Assembly (NCBI RefSeq): GCF_963921235.1
Contig: NC_086097.1
Span: 59,956,001 to 60,020,000 of the forward strand
DNA length: 64,000 nt
Reading direction: 5' to 3'
From: Mobula hypostoma
Taxonomy: Eukaryota
The notes beneath the pieces are model-generated. The model was not told the DNA's origin. It ran no database searches and saw only the letters and a list, made by a program, of their open reading frames with translations. The translations under genes and the position numbers were made by a program. Numbering within the stretch: position 1 is the stretch's first letter; the number at the start of each line of letters is the position of its first letter. Positions 38,040-50,796 of the stretch are shown piece by piece.

Positions 38040-39420
38040 ACTACCCTAAAATAATTTTCTGGTGGGCATACACAGTAAATACAAGAAACAGAATAAAATC
38101 GATGAGGCTGCACCCAACAGGATGGACAAACAACCAATATGCAAAGTACATCAAACCGTGGGTTACAGAAGAGAAAAAAATAAACAAGCAATACATTTTG
38201 GGAACATGCGATGAAGAGAACTTGAAAGTGAGTCTATAGGTTATGGGAACAGTTCAGTGTTGGGGTAAGTGAAGTTATCTTCACTTACGGGAGGAGGCGG
38301 AAGGAGAAGATGGCGGTGCGACACAGCGCGCGCAGCTTTCCGATGAAATGATATCATATCTGCGAAGTAGGATGCCGTGCACAATTCTGATTTGATGGAG
38401 ACAGATGTGAGAAGCAGAGGAGCATCTGGAGAAAACTTTTGAAATGCCCGGTTTGCTGCTGCTGCTACTGTGCAATCGAGAATCTCCAGAGGGAAGGCCC
38501 CAAAATCCCTGGCTTTGCCTGCTGCTGGCGACCGAGGCAAGGATCGAAGCGTTCGGCAGAGATGGTGCTCTGTACTCGGTGTCGGAGGGCTGATCGGAGG
38601 CTCGAAGTTTTTGGATGACTCAGAGTCGGACAGTAGTCGCTCATGGCAGGGAGAGTTTTCTTCTTTCTCCTGTCTGCGTGAGATGTGGGACTTTCGAGAG
38701 ACTTTGAACGTTTTTTTTACCGCGACCATGGCATGTTCTTCATCAAGTTATGGTATTGTTGCACTGTTGTAACTATATGTTATAATTATGTGGTTTTTGT
38801 TAGCTTTTCAGTCTTGGTCTGTCCTGTGTTTCTGTGATATCACACCGGAGGAATATTATATCATTTCTTAATGCATGCATTACTAAATGACAATAAAAGA
38901 AGACTGCGTGTCCTCATAGTCTGATAATCTAATCCAAACTTTTCATCTCTGGTTCAAGAGCCTGATGGTTGAAGGATAATAACTGTTCCTGAACCTGGTA
39001 GGTGGATCCTGTGGCTCCTTCTTCCTGATGGTCACAGCGAGAAAAGACGATGCCCTGCGTGGTGGAGTTCCTTGATGATGGATGCTGCTTTTCTGCAACA
39101 GCACTCCATGTAGATGTGCTCATTGGGTGAGGGTATTACCCATGATGTACTGGACTGTATCACTACTTTTTGTATGAGTTTCCATTCAAGAGCACTGATG
39201 AAAAGGCTGTTGTCATGACACCAAATCACTTGGCTTTCTGTCTCTTTCCTGTAATCTGACTCATCGTTATTTGAGATGTGGCCCACTGCAAACCTGTAGA
39301 TGGAGTTAGAGCCAAATCTGGCAACAGAATGGTATCGTCAGTGAACTTTACTGTGTACACAGACAAGAGTAGGGTGCTGACAATACATCCTGTGGGAAAG
39401 CAGTGCTGAGAATCCTGGGA
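38040..39420 (-). mobile_element. Decayed Rex1/Babar-related element hosting the RTE and the 38285-38934 insert
   Basis: Its 3' tail is at 34672-34720; ORFs 38929-39123 and 39032-39286 give GHISNNDESDYR...WCHDN and KAASIIKE. Confidence 0.6.
38285..38934 (+). mobile_element. Young CpG-rich non-autonomous non-LTR element
   Basis: 5' AAGATGGCGG at 38307-38316, many intact CpGs, AATAAA at 38892 and (TAATC)n tail; interrupts host gtgaagttatc...tctggttcaagagcc. Confidence 0.7.
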
Positions 39421-40439
39421 AGCTACCTTCTCAAGACCACAACATCAAGCCTAGACCCATCTGAGATTAAGCAGCAAAGGGCTTGTGTATTTCCAGGACA
39501 GTAACAAACAAATATGGTGTGAAATTGTGTGGTACACTTTAACGGGGATGTCGCATTGACAGCCTATGGATGATCTTACGGCTTTGGACATAGGGCAATG
39601 CCCATCTTATGGCTGAGCTCTCTTCCTGAATTTTTTTGTAAGGCAGAAATGAACAAAAGCAGGATCACACAATTGTTGCATTCTCCCATGCATCCACCAG
39701 TAATATTGAGCCCTAGTTACTCTTAGTCATCTTTATTAGGCCTACCATTTTATCCTCATGCTTGATACCAGACACCCGAATATAGACAGACTATTCCAAC
39801 CAGCTTAGAGCTACCTAATCTGTTCCCTCCCTCAAATGCTTTCTGCCCGATGTATAGAAGAGTCTACAATTCTCATATTGGTCACATTAACTACTTCAGG
39901 CTACAAAAATGGGGCAGGAGTAAATCAGCTTGAGTTCAGCGGAGGTGCCGCAGAGGTAATATAGCAACTCATCAGGTGTGATAATGCTTATTAATTCCAC
40001 AATCCTTACCTTCAGAAGGATAAAGGCAGCGGATTCATAGAAGTAAACATTCAAAGTTCTCCATCACACACCAATTGATTTCCAAATAATCTTTTCATTG
40101 TTATTTTGGCAATGTCCTGAAACTCCCTATTTCTACAGGATTGTGGAAAATATTTCTCGATTTGTTCTGCAATGGTCTAAGATGACCACTTACCACCATC
40201 TTCTCAACAGCAAGCTTGGTCTATAAAGATGGGCCTTGCAAATGTAATAAATAAATAAGAAAAATGACCGCAGACATCAACTTTGATGAAACATTAACAT
40301 GACTTCAGTAATCATCAAAGGGGATTTGTTCACTAGACTACACAATCATTTGTACACCTATTTCTAGGAATGCATAACAAGATTCAGTAAAGGCAACCGA
40401 TGGGTTGTATTGCTTTTTTGGTGCCTGCTATAATTTTTT

Positions 40440-41280
40440 GAATCAGAATCAGGTTTATTATCACCAGCATGTGTCATGAAATTTGTTAACTTAGCAGCAG
40501 CAGTTGAATGCAATACATAATATAGGAAAAAAATAATAAATAAGTAAATCAGTTATTGTATACGTATATTGAACAGATTAAAAAATTGTGCAAAAAACAA
40601 ATAATATATATTAAAAAAGTTAAGTAGGTTTCAAGGGTTCAATGTCCATTTAGGAATCAGATGGCAGAGGGGAAGAAACTGTTCCTGAATCACTAAGTGT
40701 GTGCCTTCAGGCTTCTGTATCTCCTACCTGATGGTAACAGTGAGAAAAGGACATGCCTTGGGTGCTGGAGGTCCTTAATAATGAACACTGCCTTTCTGGG
40801 ACGTCACTCCTTGAAGATGTCCTAAGTACTTTGTAGGCTAATACCCAAGATGGAGCCAGTAAAGTTACAACCCTCTGCAGTTTCTTTTGGTCCTGGGCAG
40901 TAGCCACCCCCCCCCCCCCCCACCCACACCAGACAGTAATGCAGCCTATCAGGATGCTCTCCACGGTATATCTATAGAAGTTTTTGAGTGTATTTGTTGC
41001 TTCAAACTCCTAATAAAGTATAGCCACTGTCTTGCCTTCTTTATAACTACATCGATATGTTGGGACCAGGTTAGATCCTCAGAGATCTTGACACCCAGGA
41101 ATTTGAAGCTGCTCACTCTATCTACTTCTGATCCCCCTATGAGGATTGGTACGTGTTCCTTTATTTTACCCTTCCTGAAGTCCACAATCAGCTCTTTCGT
41201 CTTTCTGACATTGAGTGCCAGGTTGTTGCTGCTGCACCATTCCACTAGTTGCCGTATCCCACTCATGTACGCTTATCCAC
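40440..41280 (-). mobile_element. Rex1/Babar LINE 3' fragment
   Basis: LVEWCSSNNLALNVRKTKELIVDFRK...FKFLGVKISEDLTWS...KKARQWLYF; (GATTCT)n tail. Confidence 0.88.
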
Positions 41281-41729
41281 ACCTCCTGACACTCCTCTCA
41301 TTCCACAGCGTTTAGCCTGATGTACATAAACATTTCTCTTCTACCAATCGTGATATTCCCAGAAGTCAGGAACACTGGCGTTGTGAGTAATTGTGCAGGC
41401 GAGCTTAGAATGAGAAACTCACACATAATTCATATTTCAATTTAATCTCAGTCATAAAGAAATTTTAATCCAATTAAAGCTGCATTTTATCTGAAATCCT
41501 AACTCAGGCTTTCTGTTAATTCAGAAGACATTTGCTTCTGTTAAAAAATGAAGTGACAAACTTTAAGCTCAACTTGAGGACAACATGAATGTTGGTGTGC
41601 AGAAGCAACAGCTAATCAATTCAGAGCTAATGGTTCAGAGCAAAATCTTGCAAACCTGCTGCATCCAGTTGTATTGAACTATTTTTGGGAGAGAGGTGCT
41701 CATTAAATATGCTATAAATATGCTGGTAC

Positions 41730-42118
41730 AAAGGTTCAGCCTGGCTTGGTGTGGAGTTCATGTACCTGAGTCAAAAAAATCAGTGATTTAATGTATATGG
41801 TTAGCTTAATATTTTAGCATAGGATTAAAGGAGTCTTCATCAGTTAGACGTTCCAGATTTTGCTGCCTCAGATGGTTATGAAGAATCCTATGGCATTAAA
41901 TGAGGAAGATCTGTATGCTTCCCTCTTGGCCTGACCCATCCTTTATTCTCATTAGTCACCATTGAAGGTTAGTTTCCTATTGTCAACTCCAATTTTGTTA
42001 TTGGGACCCAGTTATTGTGTTTTCTTACACTGCCATTGTTGCTTCCAAATGTGCTTCAATGGTTCTGAAGTACTTTAGGATATCCTGAGCTAATAAAAAC
42101 TATATAAATGTAAATTTT
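41730..42118 (+). mobile_element. Ancient Deu-domain-like SINE with L2-type tail
   Basis: cagatgg...aagaatcctatggcatta...gaggaaga central block and tail ctgaagtactttaggatatcctgag...ctatataaatgtaaatt. Confidence 0.45.
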
Positions 42119-43475
42119 CCTTTTATGAAATGCATTTATGTGCAGGAAACAAAGCATTGCTAGAACAGCAAATAATAATGCCAGTCATGGTATGTGCATC
42201 TTAAGTAAAAATAACTTGCTAATATAATTTATTTTAATGCAATTTTAGGCCAGTAGCAGTAATAGTAGTTATGTGATATCTTTGATGTACTGTCATGATG
42301 TACTATTTTGTTTGGTTTAAACAAATCTATTACTGTTCTTGTAATTGAAACATTATGATAGATGTTATTATCTTCTTCAATGAAATTTACATTTCGTTTC
42401 ATAAGTTAGTTTAGCTTATGTAAACTATAATATAATGTACTTTTTCATGATTCATGTTGTTATAAAACATAGTTTTAAAAAATACAGTGTATAGTTCACA
42501 GCAGCAGATTACGATCTGTTTTTCATGTACCAGGAGAGAGTGATGTTTTCAAATATCTGTCAGAACACCAGAACACTAACTTCCAGCCACCTTCAAGCAT
42601 TTAATGCCGGGAAACTAACAGTAACCATACTATTACAGAATGAAAAACTGTTCAAGATTACCAGACATGGGCTTCTTAAATGGCCTCAGTAGAGGTGCTA
42701 AAGCTTTCCACCACTCCATGGTGAAACCATTGGTACTTCAACTCACAGCACTAAGCGAATAGTTGAACAGAAGACATCATGAGTATTTAAAGAAGTTCAT
42801 TTTGTGGACTTCACTTCTTTTATTTTCTCCTTGATGTTCTGCACCCCTTCCTAATAAACCTGAACTGCTCTCTATATTGTTTCTCTTCCAGTTCAGTGAC
42901 TTCACACATACATGATATTTCCTCAGATACCCTTTTTACACTGCCTTTGTTGACACAGTTTTCAGCTACCTATAATTAATGCCATGAAGCTAACTTTTCT
43001 CAGTACATAAAGATCCCAACATTAATAGATTAGTTATTGATATGTTAAGTGATTTGGTTTGCAAGCTTCCTTGAACTAAGCAACTTAGTCAGCATTGTCT
43101 GTTTTGAAACAAACTCAATTAAATAATCCATTGTCTTATATTGCATCTATTGAGCATCAATAAACCAGGTACAGTTACTTTCTACAGACAGAGTGTTTGC
43201 AATATACAGAGCTTGTTTGCAAAGCTGTTCTATGGAGAGTACCTAGTTTTAACTTCAATCCTATAACTTTTTTCCATTTATATTTTTGGAGCTGAAGCCT
43301 GGCTCTCATTTTATGACCAGAGCTAAACAAAGCATATAGTTGGAAGTTTACTTGCATTTATTTGTGATCTCACAGGTGGCAGCTGCTGTGTTTAGAAAGT
43401 GAGCTTATCAGAACATGAGATCCCCTCGGATTAGAAAGTGAATATCTATTGCAGAAATAAATAGGGATTATCTTT

Positions 43476-43650
43476 AAAAACGCAAACACAAGGAAATCTG
43501 CAGACGCTGGAAGTTCAAGCAACACACATCAAAGTTGCCGGTGGAACTTCCTCGAAGGACAAAGGGTCTTGGCCCGAAACGTCGACTGTACCTCTTCCTA
43601 GAGATGCTGCCTGGCCTGCTGCGTTCACCAGCAACTTTGATGTATGTTGC
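43476..43650. mobile_element. Penelope-derived fold-back element inserted in an old CR1 3' end
   Basis: Same family as 25320-25567; GAAACGTC at ~43576; direct repeat tagggattatcttt (43462-43475) versus tagtgattgtcttt (43651-43664). Confidence 0.8.
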
Positions 43651-44447
43651 TAGTGATTGTCTTTCCTGAGGGATGACCTTATAGATGTAAAGTTATGAAA
43701 GACATAGGTAAGGTGAATAGTCACATTGCTTATCACAGGGTAGGGGAGTCGAAAGTTATAGAGCATATGTTTAAGGTGAGGGGAGAAAACTAAATGGGAT
43801 CAGAAGGGTAAATTTTTGGGCTGAAAGGCTTTTTTCCATCTTTATAATTTGTTGACCTGGATTACCTACAACAGGCAACTAAAGACATTGAAAAGTCTGT
43901 ATCCACAAAATCCTCCCAATTCAAGGGTAAGCAAGTTAATGTTAACATCTTCTCCCAGGCTAGCATCCCCATTACTAAGGTCCTACTTACTCCCAGTTGT
44001 CTCCATTCGGCAGACCACATTGCTTGTCTGCTGACATCAAACTCCCAAGGTAATTCCAAGCTCTGCTTTCCAAATTCCTTTACAAAATGCAACATCCTCA
44101 CTAGCTCCAGGGAATTTCTGGCCCCTGATCACTCAAAGTGAAGGAGTAGCAGTCAGAGTTACATTTGAGACCAAGTGTGAAAAGTACACAGAATGTCACG
44201 TAAGCGGTGCAAGGAAAACCCAACTCATCCATCACTTCCTGCCCTATCTGTGGAGGAGCCAGCAGGTGTCAGATTGATCTCACTGGCCAGCTCAGAACCC
44301 ACAATATCAGAATGGATGCACGCCATCCTCAATCCTGAGGGACTGATGAAGAAGCCTTGTTGTCCAAACAACGTGTTTTATCGGAAATGCTTAAGTGTTT
44401 GGCCTGAATGTTGCCTGGAATTGGTAGTGATTTTGTTTTGCAGAGTA

Positions 44448-44487
44448 AGAGAGAGAGAGAGGGAGACAGACAGATAGACAGACAGAT
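44448..44487 (+). repeat. Compound microsatellite (GA)n/(GACA)n
   Basis: agagagagagagagggagacagacagatagacagacaga. Confidence 0.9.
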
Positions 44488-44559
44488 GTCATAATACTCT
44501 TATCCGCTGTTTACATGTTTAGTGGAGCTAGTTGACTTGTAATATCATTGAATGTTAAA

Positions 44560-44930
44560 GAAGCACAGTCATGTCCAGACACTTTTCAGTACAAGTATTA
44601 CCTGCTACTTTGTCAAGGTCTAATGGGTGCTTCATTTGCTGTCAGTAACAAGTGGAATTGAGCACTATGTGGTCATTGTGAACATGTCCAGTTCTCACCT
44701 TATGATGGAAGGAAGGTCATTAATGTAGCACCTGAAGAGAGTTAGGCATCTCACTCAGTGATGTCACTGGGGCTGGGTTGATTGCCTTTCAACATCAGAA
44801 TGATCTATCTTCTCCTGCAGGACATGACACCACCTATTAGCAAGTTTTCACTTAATGTCCATTGGTGTTTACCAGGGGTCCTTAATACCATTTTTGTCCA
44901 AATGCTGCCTTGAAGTTAGTCACACTTTAC
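44560..44930 (-). mobile_element. Ancient CR1/L2-group LINE RT fragment
   Basis: Minus strand caggtgctacattaatgaccttccttccatcataaggtgagaactggacatgttcacaatgac translates to CYINDLPSIIR*ELDMFTM, the RT segment before the (Y/F)ADD motif. Confidence 0.6.
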
Positions 44931-45926
44931 TCATGTATTTAAAGGATCCATCTTTGTGTTTATCAAATGTCGCACACCATAACCTTGAACTTAACAGAAC
45001 AAGCCGCAGGAGCTTTGGTTACGACTATGGGATACAATACAATCATGAGAATGCAAGACTATAGGAATACAGCTGTAGGAACCTGAAAGTAAGGTGAATG
45101 CAGGGTGGGATTTATGAAGAGTGTGACAAGTGATGACTGGATCTGCTTTGGTGGTTTGCGCTAGTGCTAATGTATTGGTCCACTTACCGCAGCATTTCGT
45201 ATCAGTGGGAAGGATATAACAGTGGAGTGTTTGGAAGCTTGGGTAGTTTATTGGGGCCTCACTGACAAGGCAGTCATATCCAGCACCACGGATCAAACAG
45301 AGTGAGAGATGTGCTGTAGTGAGAGGGATCTACACATACCCAGTATTTTAATCCTTGCTATTCTGTCCTAATAATTTAGCTCTAAGTAAATAATTGTAGT
45401 TTGTGTCTTTCTGACTTACTGGTGTGAAGCCTATGATTTTCACTGGGCACTCTACCCATGAAGTAAGAAAATAGCTAACAGAGTAAAGGAAAATCTCTAG
45501 ATGTTAATGTTGAAGACAGCGAGGCATTACCAATTTTTGCTGTTCCTGTCTGGAAGAAGCTGGATGCAAACATATTAGCCACTGGTATAACAGCCTAATC
45601 ACTGTTCTACAGCTGAAGTTTGATCTATATTACATGGCAGATCACCATGTGGACCTCTTCAGGGAACCACGCCTCCACAGTCATTGCTCAAAGGAGAAAT
45701 GAAGATGCTGGACTATAGCAGGAAAGCCATGCTGACCAGAGATCTTCTGGGTTGTGGTCTGATCCTCCTTCCTGTTTTGGTGCAAGGGAGTGGGTCAATC
45801 AAAGCACGCACTTCTAAAGTGTAAATCCCCTGAACAGTTGCCACAGTGAAAATCAGCAATATTGATTGGTAGCATCCAAATCAGTCTTCCACTGGTCTGG
45901 ATGTTACTACCAACCATACCTGTTGT

Positions 45927-46800
45927 TATCAGAATCAGGTTTATTATGTGTCGTGAAATTTGTTAACTTAGCTCCAGTAGTTCAATGCAAACAGGATAAT
46001 ATAGAAAGGAAAATGAAATAAATAAGTAAGCAAGTCAACTATCATAACTATATATTTGTATATTGAATATATTGAAATATGGCTAAAACAGAAATAATAT
46101 ATTTTTTAAAAGTGAGGTAGTGTTCATGGGTTCAATGTCCATTTAGGAATGGAATGGTAGAGGGAAAGAAGCTGTTCCTGAATTGCTGAGTGAGTGCCTT
46201 TAGGCTTCTGTACCTCCTTATTGACAGAAACAATGAGAAAAGGGTGTGCCCTGGGTGATGGGAGTCCTTAATAATGGACGTCGCCTTCCTGAGACACTGT
46301 TCCATGATGATTTCTTGGATACACGGAGGCTCGTACCCAAGATGGAGCTGACTAATTTTATGACTTTCTGTACCTTCTTTTGGTCTTATTCAGTAGTATC
46401 CCACCCCTGCAGTGCCAGGCAGTGATGCAGCCTTTAAGAATGCAATCCATGGTACCTCTCTAGAAGTTTTTGAGTGTTTTAGCTGACAAACCAAATCTCT
46501 TCAAACTTCAAATGAAATATAGCCACTGTCTTGCCTTCTCTATAGCTGCATTGATACGTTGGGACCAGGTTAGATCCTCAGAGATCTTGAAACCCAGGAA
46601 CCTGAAATTGCTCACCTTCTCCCCTTCTGACCCCCTATAAGGATTGGTTCATATTCCTTTATCTTAACTTTCCCGAAGACCACAATCAGCTCTTTCGTCT
46701 TACCAACATTGAGTGCAAGGTTGTTCCTGTGACACCATTCAACTAGCTGGTATATCACACTCCTATACGCCCTCTCGTCTCCATCTGAGGTTCTACCAGT
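45927..46800 (-). mobile_element. Rex1/Babar LINE 3' fragment (sister of 40440-41280)
   Basis: Collinear similarity to 40440-41280, including the atcagaatcaggtttatt tail. Confidence 0.85.
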
Positions 46801-47574
46801 CTATTAGTCATCATTCCTGCAGGCTTACCCCTGTGAAGACTGGAAGGTCAATTTTATTTGTGCAGGTGGCTTCAGAGTTGAATGATAAAGATGCACAAAA
46901 TCACAGGGCTTCAAACAAATAAATGGCGTGAGGTGGGTGGATGGAACCAGCACTGTAAGGGAAACTTCTCTGGAAACCTTGGACAAAATGGCAGGGTTGA
47001 CCCCAGCTTTAGCAAGTCTAAACATTCCTGATGCCTCAGGCATTCAGAAATATTTAAAAGATTATTAAAAATGAAAGGCATAATAATAACACTTCTATTA
47101 TTTATGAATCCACCAACATCAATGCTGGAAATCCCAGCCAGGTGTGTCTCTGCTGCTGACTCCATGAGGAGATGTAAAGCTAAGAATTGGATGTTGCAAT
47201 GAAGCCTGTAGGCTGGGACCTACGTGATCCAATGAGATCTCTGAGTACCATGTTTGGAAAAGAGCTGTTTTTGTTTACCATCAAAATCCAGGTCTTTAAG
47301 GATCCTTTTAAATAGGAAAGTATAAGGGAGGTGACTTGCTGCTAATAGGACTTTGTGTGTGTGATTAGCATGCATTGCTTGCTGAAATTTTATGCTTCAG
47401 TTTGACAGTGTTGGTATTAAATCAGTGCTCTTGAAGAATGGTATCCTCAGCTCCCTTCTCTGTGTGAAGCCAGCATATTCTCATCATGCATGCTATCTGC
47501 ACCAGACCCCCGATAATCCCTACCGAACTTGCAGAGTAACACAAGTCATGTTAAAATGCAAGTTCTCTATTTGC

Positions 47575-48478
47575 AGAGCTGTGTGTCAGACATGGCCATA
47601 AGCAGCACTGGGGCTCCACAGGGGTCTGTATTGGCTCCCTTCCTATTTATCCTGTATACCTTAGATTTTAGATACAACACTAAGTCATGGCATCTGCAGT
47701 TCTCTGATGACTCAGCAATAGTTGGATGTATAAAGGGAGAATGGGAGGATGAATACGTAGCCCTAGTGGGGCACTTTGTTAAACAGCGCAAGCTGAATCA
47801 TCTGTGGCTCAACATTAGTAAGACAAAGGAGATGGTGATGGACTTTAGAAAGACTCAGCCTTCACAGTTCCTTCTTACTATTGATAGTGAGGATGTAGAT
47901 GTGGAGAGGACCTACAAGTATGTGGGGGTGCACCTGGATGATAGACTTGAGTGGAGCACCAACAGGCTGTGGATAGGAAGGGCCAGAGTCACCTCTACTT
48001 CCTGAGGACACTGGGGTCCTTTGGAGTATGCAGGCCTTTCCTCTACATGTTCTACCAGTCTGTTGTCACCAGTAAAATCTTCTATGCAGTGGTATGCTGG
48101 GGCAATGGCATCAACACAGGTGATTCCCACAGGCTCAATAAACTGATTATGCAGGAGTTAAACTGGAAACATTGGAGGCTGCACATTTCTCACCCTCTGC
48201 GTGCCACCTTGGCTGCACAGAGGAGCATTTTTAGTAATAGACTAAGACAACCACACTGCTCCAAAGTGCACTATATGAGCTCTTTTTTACCCTTGACCAT
48301 TGGGCTCTATAATGAGTCAAGCTAAGCTGGGAAAGTGATGACCCCCTTCTGTTAGACTGTTTGAGGTAACTTATTTTTTAATTCTTTCTACAGCTCTTCT
48401 AATATTTATATCTGTGCACTTGTAAATCTACTTCACACTGTAATTTCCTTTGGATAAATAAAGTACTATCTATCTATT
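47575..48478 (+). mobile_element. Rex1/Babar LINE 3' fragment
   Basis: ISSTGAPQGSVLAPFLFILYT, FSDD, KTKEMVMDFRK, YKYVGVHLD; AATAAA plus (CTAT)n tail. Confidence 0.88.
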
Positions 48479-50309
48479 AAAAGTAGGCACCCCTCTCATA
48501 AAAAAATAATTAATACCACATATCTCAGCTTCTTAATTTGGTAATAAGATGACTTTGATATCATTAAATTACCGTATGGTAGTGGGAGAAAATGAAGAAA
48601 AACCTGAAGGTGCTGGAAATCTAAAATAAAAGCAGAAAATGCCAGAACTACTCAATGGATCAAGTCACATCTGTGGGAAGAGAAAAAGAGTTAAAATTTT
48701 GGGTTGAAGAAGAATGCTGATGAAAGGATGATTTTCAGCCTATACCTCACAGAAGCTGAACAACCCCTCACACCCTTCACTGGATCACATCTGCCCTGAG
48801 TCCCTCAGATAGTCACTAATGTTTTTTTTCACGGGAGGTTGTACTTCCACAGTCTACAACCTCTCAGTTCCCTACAGCAATCAGTCCACCTCTATCTCCT
48901 TCAGCCCCCTCTTGACTCACAGCTTTCTCTTGTATCATGATAGTTAGAGAGGCTATCAATATGCAGGTAGTATGGAAAATCTCATTGGTAATGGATCCAA
49001 AGAGAGGGAGTTAGTTGAATGCCTAAAAGATGGCTTTTTGTAGCAGCTTGTGTTCAAAAGATCACAAGACAAAGGAGCAGAAGTAGGCCATTCGGCCCAT
49101 TGAGTCTGCTCCGCCACTCCACCATGAGCTAAACTATTCTTCCATTTATTTCCAGTTTCTGGCTTTTCCCCCATATCCCTTGATGCCCTGACTAATTAGA
49201 TAACTATCCATCTCCTCCTTAAACGGTCTCAATGATTGGGCCTCCACAGCTGTATGTGGCAACGAATTCCAATAATTCAAGACTCTCTGCTTAAAAAAAA
49301 TTTCTCCTCATCTCTGTTCTAATTCTAGGACTGTGGCCTTTTGTCCTGGACTCACCCACCAAGGGAAACAGCCGTTCCACACCTACTCTGTCCAACACTT
49401 TCAAAATTTGAAATGTTTCTATGAGATCCCCTCTCATTCTTCTATACTCTAATGAATACAGTCCAAGAGCTGACAAACGCTCCTCATATGTTAGCCCTTG
49501 CATTCCAGGAATCAGCCTTGTAAATCTTCTCTGAACTCTCTCCAACATCTGAACATCCCTTCTAAGAACTGCACACAGTATTCCAAATGAGGTCTCACCA
49601 GTGCCCCATAGAGCTTCATCAACACCTTCTTACTCTTATACACTATTCCTCTTGAAATGAATGCCAACTTAGCATTCGCTTTCCTTACTGCCGATCCAAC
49701 CTGGTGATTAACCTTTAGGGTATCCTGCACAAGGACCCCCAAGTCTCTTTGCACTTCTGATTTTTGAATTTTCTCCCCATCTAAATAATAATCTGCCTGA
49801 TTATTTCTTCTTCCAAAATGTAAAACTGTACATTTCTCAACGTTGTATCTCATCTGCCATTTCTTTGCCCACTCTCCTAAACTGATCAAGTCTCTCTGCA
49901 ACCTTTCCACTTCTTCAACACTTCCTGCTCCTCCACCTATCTTGGTGTAATCCACAAATTTAGCCACAAAACCATTTAATCCATAATCTAAATCATCGAT
50001 ATACATTGTAAAAAGAAGCGGCCCCAACACCGACCCCTGCGGAACACCACTAGTAACCAGCAACCAATCAGAATAGGATCCCTTTATTCCCACTCTTTGC
50101 TTTCTGCCTATCAGCCAATGCTCCACCCATTCCAATATCTTTCCTGTAATTCCATGGGCTCTCATCTTATTAAGCAGCCTCTTATGCAGCACCTTATCGA
50201 AGGCCTTTTGAAAATCCAAATACACACATCCAGAGCCTCTCCCTTATCAATCTCATTTGAGATTACCTCAAAAAATTCCAATAGGTTGGTGAGGCAGGAT
50301 CTTCTCTTC

Positions 50310-50796
50310 GATAGTAAGGGGGTCAGATAGGCGATTCTGTGGACGTAGTCCAGAGACCCGGATGGTAGTTTGCCTCCCTGGTGCCAGGGTCCGGGATATT
50401 TCTGATCGTGTCCAAGATATCCTGAAGTGGGAGGGTGAGGAGCCAGAGGTCGTGGTACATATAGGTACCAATGACATAGGTAGGAAAAGGGATGAGGTCC
50501 TGAAAGGAGAATATAGGGAGCAAGGAAGGGAGTTGAGAAAAAGGACCGCAAAGGTAGTAATCTCAGGATTACTGCCTGTGCCACGCGATAGTGAGAGTAG
50601 GAATGTGATGAGGTGGAGGATTAATGCGTGGCTGAGGGATTGGAGCAGGGGGCAGGGATTCAAGTTTTTGGATCATTGGGACCTCTTTTGGCGCAGGCGT
50701 GACCTGTACAAAAAGGACGGGTTACACTTGAATCCTAGGGGGACCAATATCCTGGCAGGGAGATTAGCAGGGGCTACTGAGGTGACTTTAAACTAG
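50310..50796 (+). CDS. CR1 ORF1, SGNH/GDSL esterase domain (5'-truncated)
   Basis: SIVRG (block I remnant), LPGA, VHIGTND (block III), DGLHLN (block V); stop TAG at 50794-50796. Confidence 0.9.

Noticed and set aside
38241..38772. 162-aa and 100-aa ORFs
   Set aside because: Lie within a GC-rich non-autonomous retroposon; no recognisable domain
50362..50796. Stand-alone cellular or bacterial GDSL lipase gene
   Set aside because: Directly abuts CR1 ORF2; an esterase domain is an established component of CR1-type ORF1
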